Shown one piece after another: positions 8,909 through 20,552 of a stretch of DNA of 64,000 nucleotides. The DNA is taken from the NCBI GenBank assembly GCA_964620655.1, contig CAZUJW010000002.1, forward strand, positions 4,144-68,143, written 5' to 3'. Source of the stretch: an uncultured Christensenella sp. (GTDB taxonomy: Bacteria; Bacillota; Clostridia; Christensenellales; DTU072). Below the pieces are notes generated by a model that was given only the letters and a program-made list of their open reading frames with translations, had not been told where the DNA came from and made no database searches. Position numbers and translations under genes: made by a program. Every line of letters starts with the position of its first letter. Positions within the stretch are counted from its first letter, which is position 1.

Positions 8909-9910
8909 TTACGGTTTTACGTACTTTACTGCGTCTTCGCAAACGTACCCAGACAGCGATTCACCTTTAAGATACCTTTCTTTCACGAGAGTGCTGCTCA
9001 ATTCCTTATCTTCGGCTTCGATAAACAGAGTTTCTATTCCGCCGTTACTCTTATTGTAATCGGCAATTTCTCTTTCGTAAGCCGAGTCTTCGGGATTTCT
9101 CACACCCCTTATTATATATGTTATACCCTTTTTATTGCAATAGTCAATAGTAAGTCCATCGAAAAACTCGATTTTTACCCGTCTTTTGTACTCTCTCAAC
9201 GAGTTTTCTATTATTTTAAGGCGGTTCTCAACCGAAAGAAACGGAGTTTTGGCTTCGTTTATCAACATAACGACGTACACCGCGCCGAAACTTTCCAACG
9301 CCTTTTCCACGAGGAATTTATGTCCCGTAGTAAAGGGATCGAAACTGCCCGTAACAGCGACTTTCGATACGTTACGGAATATGTCCAGCGACACGTTGCC
9401 GTAGACTCTCGTCGATTCGAGAAAATACTCCCTGTCCGGCAAAGCTCCGTCGTCGGTGGCTCTTTCTATCGTGACTACGCCGCCGGCGTTAAGAAAATCG
9501 TTTTCCTTAATCTTAGACAGTATTCTTTCCCCTTCCTTAAACCTGTACGGCGGGTCGCATATTACTATATCGGCTTTAACTCCCCGCAAGGCAAGGCGGC
9601 GGATACAGTCGGCGTAATCGCCCTTTATTATTTCGTACTCCGACTTGTCGCAAAAGGAAGTATTCTGTTTGATAAGGTTAAGAGAGCGGTTGTCGATGTC
9701 GCAAAAATAGACCTTTTTCGCGCCGCGGCTGAGGGCTTCTACTCCGAGTCCGCCCGTACCGCCGAAAAGATCTACCACTACAGCGTCGGTAATATCGTAC
9801 TGCAAAATATTAAAGAGGGTTTCTTTAATCTTGTCGGTAGTAGGTCTTACGTCGTTGCCGACGGGACTCATTATCTTCCTTCCCCTGTATTTTCCGGCAA
9901 TTACTCTCAT
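8909..9910 (-). CDS. Fusion protein: 16S rRNA m2G966 methyltransferase RsmD (N-terminal) + phosphopantetheine adenylyltransferase CoaD (C-terminal)
   Basis: Aa 1 to ~178 carry the RsmD hallmarks (RPTTDKIKETLFN, DLFGGTGGLG, DPPY). Aa ~185-333 carry the CoaD nucleotidyltransferase motif (GSFDPFTTGH) and a CoaD-like C-terminus. One uninterrupted ORF. Confidence 0.85.
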   Translation of the reverse strand: MRVIAGKYRGRKIMSPVGNDVRPTTDKIKETLFNILQYDITDAVVVDLFGGTGGLGVEALSRGAKKVYFCDIDNRSLNLIKQNTSFCDKSEYEIIKGDYADCIRRLALRGVKADIVICDPPYRFKEGERILSKIKENDFLNAGGVVTIERATDDGALPDREYFLESTRVYGNVSLDIFRNVSKVAVTGSFDPFTTGHKFLVEKALESFGAVYVVMLINEAKTPFLSVENRLKIIENSLREYKRRVKIEFFDGLTIDYCNKKGITYIIRGVRNPEDSAYEREIADYNKSNGGIETLFIEAEDKELSSTLVKERYLKGESLSGYVCEDAVKYVKP

Positions 9911-9914
9911 AACT

Positions 9915-12137
9915 TTATTTTACGTCCTTCCTGTTTGCGTTTATAAGACACCCGGCAAGAATAATTTCTTTTTCCTTTTCGGTGACGGCGTCCATACGCA
10001 AAACTATTTTTTTAACTTGTCCGTTTCTTACGACGTAACCGTCTATTTTTCCGTCGTCGAAAATTTTCTTCACGCCCTTGACTACTATTATATCGTCGCA
10101 AAGAATATCGTCGCCGTCGTAAATAAAGGGCAACATTCCCCAGTTTATAAGGTTGCTTCTGTATCGTTTCGTCGCATACTCCTTAGCTATATTAGCTACT
10201 CCTCCCAAAACTCTCTGACAGGACGCTGCTTGTTCTCTCGCGCTTCCGTCGCCGGGTTTAACGGCGTAAATTACGCTTCCTATTTCGATGCTTCCGTCGA
10301 TTTTAGTAAGTTCAGCCGCTTCGGCGTACTCGTCGGGTAAACTTTCCGACAAAGAGTCTTCCGCAATTTTTTTCGCCTTACCGACGTAATCGGGGCGTTT
10401 TCTGCTCAACGTAAATTCTGCAAGGCGCAAAGGATTGGACCTGTAAGAACTCGTTTCTCCACTCGGAATAAGTTCGTCCGTGGTAGTCACCGCGTCGTCG
10501 ATTTTGGCAGCGACTTTCATAATAAGATTATCTTTAAGCGGTTGCATTTCGGGCCAGTCGGCTATATTGGGTCCGTAGCAAAGGGGGTAGTTTATATCGC
10601 CTTTGCCGAAACAATCGGTAATTCTTATCTTATATATAGTATCGTCGTAAACTGCCTTTTTTTTCTTATAAACGTAGTCAACTTCTGTGGCGGGGGTAAG
10701 GTATCCGCCGTTACGCGCGGTAGCCGCTATGCTTCTCGCGTCCATAAGAGCCACGCAGGCAAGCTGTCCTTCGCCGGGCTTGCTCCCTTCTCTCGACTCG
10801 AAATTTCTTGTGGTGTGCCTTATGGAAAATCCGTTGTTTGCGGGAACGTCGCCCGCGCCGAAACACGGTCCGCAAAACGCCGTTTTTACGTTAACCCCTT
10901 CCGCCATAAGCTCCGCAAGCAAACCTTTTTTCGACAGGTCTATATAAGCGGGCATACTGCCGGGATACACGCTTACGGAAAGTTTTCCGCCCACTCCGTG
11001 TCCCCGTAAAATAGCGCAGGCTTCTTCTATATTGTCGTAAGTTCCGCCGGCACAGCCTGCAATAATCGCCTGATCGACTTTAATTCTTCCGTCGGGGGTT
11101 ATTTTATCGGTAAGACGGAAACTGCCTTTCTTTATAAGAGCATTGCCGCGTTCTTCGCATTCCGACAGATATTTATAAGGATCGGACAAAAGTTCTTTAA
11201 TGGTTATCGCATTGCTCGGATGGAACGGCAACGCTATCATAGGTTCTATCTCGGATAAGTTTACCTTAATGACGGAGTCGTAACAGCAAAGGTCTTTTTG
11301 TTTTAATTCTTTATATTCTTCTCCGCGATTATGTTCGGTCAGGTATTCCTTAACTGCTTCATCGGTGACCCAAACCGAACTTAAACAAGTGGTTTCCGTG
11401 GTCATCACGTCGATACCGTTTCTGTATTCGACGGGGAGATTTTTTATTCCCGAACCGAAAAACTCCATAATTTTGTTTTTGACGAAACCGCTTTTGAAAG
11501 TTTCTTTTATTATGGTGAGAGCCACGTCCTGCGGTCCGACGCCTTTTTTAGGTTTGCCGACGAGTTCTACGCCGACTACGTCGGGATATGTTATATCGTA
11601 AGTTTGGTTAAGGAGTTGCTTTACGAGTTCTCCGCCGCCTTCCCCTATCGCAAGCGTGCCCAACGCCCCGTAACGAGTGTGGGAGTCGCTGCCTAAAATC
11701 ATCTTGCCGCAACCTGCCATCCTTTCTCTCATGTAGCTGTGTATTACGCCCTGATGAGCGGGGACGTAAATGCCTCCGTACTTTTTCGCGGCGGAATATC
11801 CGAAGTTATGGTCGTCTTCGTTAATCGTACCGCCGACGGCGCAAAGGCTGTTGTGGCAGTTGGTCAAAACGTACGGAATATGGAACTTAGTAAGTCCGCT
11901 TGCCTTGGCGGTCTGAATTATTCCTACGTACGTTATGTCGTGCGACGCAAGACAGTCGAATTTAAGTTTTAGTTGTTTCCCTTTTTCGGTGGGTTTTGCG
12001 ACGTTGTGCGCATCCAGAATTCCGAATGCGACGGTGCCTTTATACGCGTCGGTAAGGTCGAATGACGACAGTTCTTTTCCCGATAATTTTCTTCCCTTAT
12101 AATAGTATGCTCTCTTGCTGATTTTTTTTAGCGTCAT
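9915..12137 (-). CDS. Aconitase-family hydratase (putative aconitate hydratase)
   Basis: 740 aa with Fe-S ligand contexts GSDSHT and CGPCFG and a C-terminal swivel-like domain. GGAGA RBS sits 18 nt after the atpC stop. Confidence 0.75.
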   Translation of the reverse strand: MTLKKISKRAYYYKGRKLSGKELSSFDLTDAYKGTVAFGILDAHNVAKPTEKGKQLKLKFDCLASHDITYVGIIQTAKASGLTKFHIPYVLTNCHNSLCAVGGTINEDDHNFGYSAAKKYGGIYVPAHQGVIHSYMRERMAGCGKMILGSDSHTRYGALGTLAIGEGGGELVKQLLNQTYDITYPDVVGVELVGKPKKGVGPQDVALTIIKETFKSGFVKNKIMEFFGSGIKNLPVEYRNGIDVMTTETTCLSSVWVTDEAVKEYLTEHNRGEEYKELKQKDLCCYDSVIKVNLSEIEPMIALPFHPSNAITIKELLSDPYKYLSECEERGNALIKKGSFRLTDKITPDGRIKVDQAIIAGCAGGTYDNIEEACAILRGHGVGGKLSVSVYPGSMPAYIDLSKKGLLAELMAEGVNVKTAFCGPCFGAGDVPANNGFSIRHTTRNFESREGSKPGEGQLACVALMDARSIAATARNGGYLTPATEVDYVYKKKKAVYDDTIYKIRITDCFGKGDINYPLCYGPNIADWPEMQPLKDNLIMKVAAKIDDAVTTTDELIPSGETSSYRSNPLRLAEFTLSRKRPDYVGKAKKIAEDSLSESLPDEYAEAAELTKIDGSIEIGSVIYAVKPGDGSAREQAASCQRVLGGVANIAKEYATKRYRSNLINWGMLPFIYDGDDILCDDIIVVKGVKKIFDDGKIDGYVVRNGQVKKIVLRMDAVTEKEKEIILAGCLINANRKDVK

Positions 12138-12155
12138 CGGTAAATTCTCCTTCGT

Positions 12156-14818
<2,663 letters not shown>

Positions 14819-14832
<14 letters not shown>

Positions 14833-16576
14833 TCTTTCTCTCGTTAAAATAATACGCGTTGTAGTTTGTCAAATTGTCCTCCAAAACCTTTACTGTTTCG
14901 TCTGTAAGTTTTCCTTCTTTGCGCATATGTTTCAACGTGCTGTAATCGGTATTAACCATATAGTTGTAAAAACCTTCTATATAGCGTTTTACTTCTTCTT
15001 TCGGAATATAGTCAGGGTCGCCGTTAATAAGGTACAGCGTTATTATCTCTCTGTCCACGCTCATCGGATCGCCTTCTTTCTGTTTCAGAATTTCGGTGAC
15101 TTTTTCGCCCTTGACGAGAATTTTTCTCGTGTCTTCGTCCACTTCCGCACCAAACTGCGTAAACAACGCCATTTCTCTGAAATGAGCAAGTTCCAATCTT
15201 AGTTTGCTGGAAAGTTTTCTTATAGCGGGATACTGCGCGCTTCCGCCGACGCGGCTTACCGAAAGTCCGACGTTTACGGCAGGTCTTATCCCTGCGTGGA
15301 AAAGTTCGCTCTCGAGATAAATCTGTCCGTCGGTTATACTTATTACGTTGGTGGGGATGTATTGAGAAATATCTCCCGCCTGCGTTTCTATTATAGGTAT
15401 CGCGGTCATACTGCCGCCACCCTTTTCCTGCGATAACTGCGCGCTTCTTTCGAGAAGTCTCGAATGTATATAGAACACGTCGCCGGGATACGCTTCTCTT
15501 CCCGACGGGCGTTTTAAGAGAAGGCTTATCGTTCTGTAAGCGTTGGCGTGTTTCGTAAGGTCGTCGTAAATAATAAGTACGTCTTTACCTTGTTCCATAA
15601 ACTCTTCGCCTATGGCGCAACCGGTGTACGGAGCTATGTACTGCAACGCCGCCGAGTCGGACGCGGTGCTTGCCACTATTACAGTGTTTTTCATTGCGTC
15701 GGCGGATTTTAATTGGGCGATAAGTTTACTTACGGAACTTGCTCTCTGTCCTATTGCGACGTACACGCAGATTACGTCCTTGTCCCGTTGGTTTATGATA
15801 GCGTCTACCGCTATGCTCGATTTACCCGTCTGTCTGTCGCCTATTATAAGTTCTCTCTGTCCTTTACCGATAGGTATCATACTGTCAATAGCAAGTATAC
15901 CCGTCTGCAAAGGTCTGCTTACTTTCGCTCTGTCAATAATGGGCGGAGCGGGGTTTTCTATCGGTCTTACCTTGTCGAAATGTAAAATTTCTCTTCCGTC
16001 GATAGGCTTTCCCAATGGATTAACCACTCTCCCTAACAGGGTTTCGCCTACGGGTACTTCGACTATTCTTCCCGTACACTTGACGGTAACTCCGTATTCT
16101 ATGTTCCTGTCGGCGGTAATAAGCATCGCTTTTACCGAGTCGGACATAAGGTTCATCGCGACGGCGTAGCCCCCCGTTCCTATTTCCAAAAGTTCGTAAT
16201 ACCGACATTCTCTCAGTCCTTCCACGGTAAGAATACCGTCGGCGCAAGTGACTACCCTACCGTAGTTTACGGTGTGCGGCGTAGTGGGAACTTTTTCTAA
16301 AAGTTCTTTCTTCCACATTGAGGGAAGTTCGCCTTTAGCGACGGACTCGGTTATGTACTCGTTACTTTTATTCCTGAACGAGAACAACGCCGACGCCACG
16401 CTGCCGTCGAAAACCGTCTCGCCGTCTTCTATGACGATACCTCCGATAAGATTTTTTTCTTCGGCGTAGGTAATCGTTATTTCTTCACCCGCATATCTCT
16501 CTTTTAGAAAGTCCGACAGCTTTTTACGTTGCGGCGCGGTAAGAGTCACTGAAGTTTTTACCGTGATGTTACGCAT
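14819..16576 (-). CDS. atpA: F-type ATP synthase subunit alpha with an N-terminal ~80-aa delta/OSCP C-terminal-domain-like extension
   Basis: Walker A GDRQTGKSS. At 585 aa it is longer than the roughly 500 aa I recall for typical alpha subunits. Aa ~5-65 (VTLTAPQRKKLSDFL...NLIGGIVIEDGETVFDGSV) match the delta C-terminal pattern. There is no separate atpH between atpF and atpA. Confidence 0.9.
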
Positions 16577-17099
16577 CTTTCTTTTCTTCGTCCTTCTTCT
16601 TTATGCCGTCGAGCAAATTGTCGATAAACGCGTCGTTGTCGGCGGAATTTATTTCTCTGCCGATAATCTTCTTCGATATGTCCACGGCAAGGTCGGAGAT
16701 GGAATAGTAAAGGTTTTCTTTTTCCTTTTCTCTCGCCTTTTCGCCGTCTTCTACCGCTCTCTTTTTTATCTTTTCCGCTTCTTCGTTGGCACCGTCAATT
16801 ATTTCGCTTGCCTGAACCATAGCGGTGACGTGCGCTTCTTCGGCAATACGTACCGCTTCTTCGTGAGCGTCGTCGATTATCTTCTCGGCGTCTTTTTCGG
16901 CACTTTCGGTCTTCTTTACTGCGTTTTCGTAACTTTCCTGTGCCGCTTTGTACTTTTCGTCACGCTTTTGCATGAACTTCTTTACGGGTTTGTACAGCAA
17001 AAATCTTAATGCCACGATAAGAATGACGAAGTTAAGCAAATGCAATAAGAATTCCTGAACGGTAAGTCCGAGAATAATTTCTTTGCTGAAAAAGTCCAT
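16569..17099 (-). CDS. atpF: F-type ATP synthase subunit b
   Basis: 176 aa with a single N-terminal TM helix and a long charged helix. Its stop overlaps the atpA start by 8 nt. Confidence 0.8.
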   Translation of the reverse strand: MDFFSKEIILGLTVQEFLLHLLNFVILIVALRFLLYKPVKKFMQKRDEKYKAAQESYENAVKKTESAEKDAEKIIDDAHEEAVRIAEEAHVTAMVQASEIIDGANEEAEKIKKRAVEDGEKAREKEKENLYYSISDLAVDISKKIIGREINSADNDAFIDNLLDGIKKKDEEKKDA

Positions 17100-17110
17100 T
17101 TTCTACCTCG

Positions 17111-17374
<264 letters not shown>

Positions 17375-18061
17375 TTATTCCGTCGCCTCTGCAATAAACA
17401 GAGTGGACAAAGTAGCAAATATATACGCCTGAATAAAGGCGTGGAATAACGTAGTAATGACGCTCACTATTACGGGTACGACGAACGACGTAAACAGGAA
17501 CGAATAGACGAGTTCGGTAATAAGCAAACCGCTCATTATAGAACCGAACAAACGGAACGACAGACTTACGGGTACGGCTAAGTCGGTGACGATGTTAATC
17601 GGGTTAAGGAAATGTTTGAGACGATTTTTTCCGTTGGCTTTGAAGCCGTAGAAAAAGATAAGTCCGAACGTGGACACGCCCATAGCCACGCAGGCGTTAA
17701 GGTCAGCCATAATGGGGCGGAAACCTAAAAGTTCCACAAGCGTACCCAAGCCGATGTAGATAGCGGCTATCGCTATGTATCCGCCGACAAAACCGGAATA
17801 TTTGCCTTCCGCCATTTTGGAAAACCCGCCGACGAACGTTTCCAGAATAGTCTGAACCTTGCCAGGAACGTCTTTCATCTTTTTTACGACGGTGAGCCTT
17901 AAAATAACCGCCGCAATAATAAGAATAGCGGACACGGCGAGAGCGGTATAAAAAGACGGATTGACCATTATTCTCGTGCCGAAAAGGCTCACCTTTTCGG
18001 GAGATAACGTTTCCGTCAGCCTTTCGTTGACGTCGTTTGCCGCAAGTAAAACGCCTAACAT
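17375..18061 (-). CDS. atpB: F-type ATP synthase subunit a
   Basis: 228 aa with the essential Arg context (SLSFRLFGSIMSG). First gene of the operon; no atpI seen. GAGGT RBS. Confidence 0.9.
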   Translation of the reverse strand: MLGVLLAANDVNERLTETLSPEKVSLFGTRIMVNPSFYTALAVSAILIIAAVILRLTVVKKMKDVPGKVQTILETFVGGFSKMAEGKYSGFVGGYIAIAAIYIGLGTLVELLGFRPIMADLNACVAMGVSTFGLIFFYGFKANGKNRLKHFLNPINIVTDLAVPVSLSFRLFGSIMSGLLITELVYSFLFTSFVVPVIVSVITTLFHAFIQAYIFATLSTLFIAEATE

Positions 18062-18106
18062 AATATAGTTACCTCAATAATAAATATATATTTTAATAGA
18101 TAGCTT

Positions 18107-18135
18107 ATTGTAACGCCTAAATACCTTTTTGTCAA
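18107..18135 (-). promoter_or_regulatory. Putative sigma-A promoter of the F-type atp operon
   Basis: On the minus strand: TTGACA (18135-18130), 17-nt spacer, TACAAT (18112-18107), about 45 nt upstream of the atpB ATG. Confidence 0.55.
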
Positions 18136-18248
18136 GGACAGCAAGCTAAGTAAATCGTATCACGTTTGTCCGTAACGGAAATAATTAGTAAACGTTTGAC
18201 CGGCGTGTAATAAATCTTTAACCGGCGTGCCGAAACGGCGACTGATTA

Positions 18249-18277
18249 TTGACTAATCGATTATCGTTTGATATAAT
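18249..18277 (+). promoter_or_regulatory. Putative sigma-A promoter of the HTH-DUF3990 cassette
   Basis: TTGACT (18249-18254), 17-nt spacer, TATAAT (18272-18277), 30 nt upstream of the ATG at 18308. Confidence 0.6.
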
Positions 18278-18307
18278 ATAAAAAACAGCATATGATAGGT
18301 AAATATT

Positions 18308-19153
18308 ATGGATAAACTTATAAAAACCATAAGACAAAGCGCCGGAATGAACCAAGAGCAATTTGCAAAGGCTCTCGGAACGACGGCGTTGTCTATAAAC
18401 CGGTGGGAGAACGGAAAAACGCAACCGAACAAGATGGCGCAAACTCAGTTGTTCGAGTTTTGTAAGAAGAACGATATCGACCTGTTCGACTACATTGTTA
18501 GCAAAATAAAACGAGATGCGGACGATAACGGATTGATTGTTTATCACGGCTCCAAGAAAGGAATCACGGGCAAGATCGAACCGATAAGTCGTGAGTCGTG
18601 CGACTTCGGAAAAGGGTTCTATCTCGGTACCGAACCGGCGCAACCGCTGACCTTAATCTGCGATGAAGACAAACCGATCCTTTACACGATGAAACTCGAT
18701 TTAACGGGACTGAAGGTCTTGAAAGTCGAAATGACCCTCGAATGGGCAATGCTGATTGCTTATTATCGCGGGTATATGGACGAAGTAAAGGGAAGCGAGA
18801 TCTACAAGAAGTACGAAAGGTTGGCGGACGGATACGATGTGATAATAGGCTATATCGCCAACGACCGTATGTACCGAGTGATGAAGAGTTTTTTCGAAAA
18901 GGAAATAACCGACGTCGCGCTTATTCATCGCCTTTCGGCGTTAGACCTTGGTAATCAGTACGTTTGCAAAACAGAAAAAGCGTGCGACCGACTCGAAATC
19001 GTAGACAAGAGAGAATTGACGTCCCTCGAACTCAATATACTTAGGGATAAGAGTATCGTTAGAAGGCAAAAGGGAATCGACCTTACGGAAGAGGTGCTTT
19101 TGAAATACCGTAGAGAAGGTAAATTCTTTGACGAGATATTGAGAGGTGAGTAA
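18308..19153 (+). CDS. XRE-type HTH domain fused to a DUF3990 domain (ADP-ribosyltransferase-like motifs)
   Basis: Aa 1-60 form an HTH (QEQFAKALGTTALSINRWENGKTQP). Aa ~75-240 carry the DUF3990 signature as I remember it: VYHGS ... FGKGFYLGT ... IIGYIANDR ... NQYVCKTEKA. Confidence 0.7.
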   Translation: MDKLIKTIRQSAGMNQEQFAKALGTTALSINRWENGKTQPNKMAQTQLFEFCKKNDIDLFDYIVSKIKRDADDNGLIVYHGSKKGITGKIEPISRESCDFGKGFYLGTEPAQPLTLICDEDKPILYTMKLDLTGLKVLKVEMTLEWAMLIAYYRGYMDEVKGSEIYKKYERLADGYDVIIGYIANDRMYRVMKSFFEKEITDVALIHRLSALDLGNQYVCKTEKACDRLEIVDKRELTSLELNILRDKSIVRRQKGIDLTEEVLLKYRREGKFFDEILRGE

Positions 19154-19154
19154 A

Positions 19155-19583
19155 ATGAACGACAGTTTGAAATCGGCGCTTTCGGATATGCAAGGGCAAC
19201 TTTTCGAGACGTCTATCGAAAAGGGTTTAGATAGCGAAACCTTTATAAAGGCTTTTATGCAGTCGGACATAGCGAGCGACCTCGATTCGGAATTCAACCA
19301 TATGCAATGGGCGGGCAAAGAGTACATTATGGAGCGTATTCTTGACGAACTTAAAGACAAGTTGAAAACGGGCGGAGAGATATATGACCGAGAAACGATG
19401 TATTGGACGGGGTACGTTTATAGAGAATGGCATTATTACACGGGCGAAAGCAGTAAAGAAATTTACAAGCAAGCGCCCGCAAAAACGATGAGAATAACCT
19501 ATTTTCCGTATCACACTATGAGTGTGGAAACGGCAATAGACAGACTGAAAGAGTCGTACCTCGAAAAACGAAAAAAGCACTGA
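19155..19583 (+). CDS. Small acidic partner protein of the DUF3990 gene (possibly DUF3791-related)
   Basis: GAGGTGA RBS (19143-19149) precedes ATG 19155, which lies 1 nt after the upstream stop. 142 aa. The family call is from memory of DUF3990/DUF3791 pairing and is not verified. Confidence 0.55.
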   Translation: MNDSLKSALSDMQGQLFETSIEKGLDSETFIKAFMQSDIASDLDSEFNHMQWAGKEYIMERILDELKDKLKTGGEIYDRETMYWTGYVYREWHYYTGESSKEIYKQAPAKTMRITYFPYHTMSVETAIDRLKESYLEKRKKH

Positions 19584-19703
19584 ATGCCTTTACTTACAGA
19601 CGGATTATAAAGCCAAAACGTCGGCATAAAAAATCGGACAAGCCGTGAGATTATGCGTTTTTTCGTTTTGCCGGGGAGCAGCGGTCTAAAGAAACTAATT
19701 TAC

Positions 19704-19732
19704 TTGACAAAAGGTCATAATTTAACTAATAT
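19704..19732 (+). promoter_or_regulatory. Putative sigma-A promoter of the rluA-family gene (very short or absent leader)
   Basis: TTGACA (19704-19709), 17-nt spacer, TAATAT (19727-19732). Only 9 nt separate it from ATG 19742, and there is no SD. Confidence 0.55.
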
Positions 19733-19741
19733 ATAAGCATT

Positions 19742-20476
19742 ATGAAACAATTTACTTATGAAGACCTCAACGTAGTATTCGAAGACAATCATATTATAGT
19801 GGCGGTAAAACCGATAAACGTACCTTCCTGCCCCGACGGAACGGGCGACAAAGATATGCTTACCGTAGTGAAAGAATATCTTATCGCAAAGTACGACAAA
19901 CCCGGCGACGCTTTCGTCGGACTCGTCCACAGACTCGACAGACCCACGGGCGGAGTAATGGTCTTTGCGAAAACTTCCAAAGCCGCTTCCCGCCTTTCCG
20001 AAAGTCTCAGAAACGGAGAACTGGAAAAGAAATATCTCGCCGTAGTAGTGGGCGAACCCCGCGAAAAGTCCTTGGTCGGGCTTACAAACTACCTTATTAA
20101 GGATACCGAAAAGAATATTGTGTACTGCGTGCCGATGGCTACGGAAGGAGCGAAAAAAGCGGTGCTCGACTACACTACTATCGCTACAGACCACACGTCG
20201 AGCTTACTTTGGATAAAGCTCCACACGGGAAGAGCGCATCAGATAAGAGTACAGATGGCAACTTTAGGTCATCCCCTTTTCGGCGACAACAAGTACGGAC
20301 AGGGCAAGTCCCCGACGGAATTCGGTCTCGCTCTCTGGGCGACGGAACTTAAACTTATTCACCCCGTCACGAAAGAAACTCACGTTTTCAGAGTTTATCC
20401 CCCGACGGACAGAATACCGTGGAATCAGTTCGATATTCCGAGATACCTTTCCATATCCATTAAAAACATTTATTAA
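19742..20476 (+). CDS. RluA-family pseudouridine synthase (no S4 domain)
   Basis: Catalytic motif HRLDRPTGGVMVFAKT and the later motif GRAHQIRVQ. 244 aa. Confidence 0.85.
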   Translation: MKQFTYEDLNVVFEDNHIIVAVKPINVPSCPDGTGDKDMLTVVKEYLIAKYDKPGDAFVGLVHRLDRPTGGVMVFAKTSKAASRLSESLRNGELEKKYLAVVVGEPREKSLVGLTNYLIKDTEKNIVYCVPMATEGAKKAVLDYTTIATDHTSSLLWIKLHTGRAHQIRVQMATLGHPLFGDNKYGQGKSPTEFGLALWATELKLIHPVTKETHVFRVYPPTDRIPWNQFDIPRYLSISIKNIY

Positions 20477-20497
20477 AAAATTTTTTATTAAAAAAAC

Positions 20498-20530
20498 AAA
20501 TCCGCGCCAACCGACGCGGATTTATTTTTT
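20498..20530. terminator. Bidirectional Rho-independent terminator (rluA-family gene / 898-aa lipoprotein gene)
   Basis: Stem AAATCCGCG/CGCGGATTT (9 bp) with an 8-nt loop. T-run downstream and A-run upstream. Confidence 0.75.
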
Positions 20531-20552
20531 CTATTCGTTTCCGATAATCTTA

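Noticed and set aside
8897-9946. 349-aa plus-strand ORF antisense to rsmD::coaD
   Set aside because: It is exactly antisense to a gene with clear family motifs. The translation is F/Y/R/V-rich low-information sequence with no RBS. It is a typical shadow ORF produced by the codon bias of the real gene.
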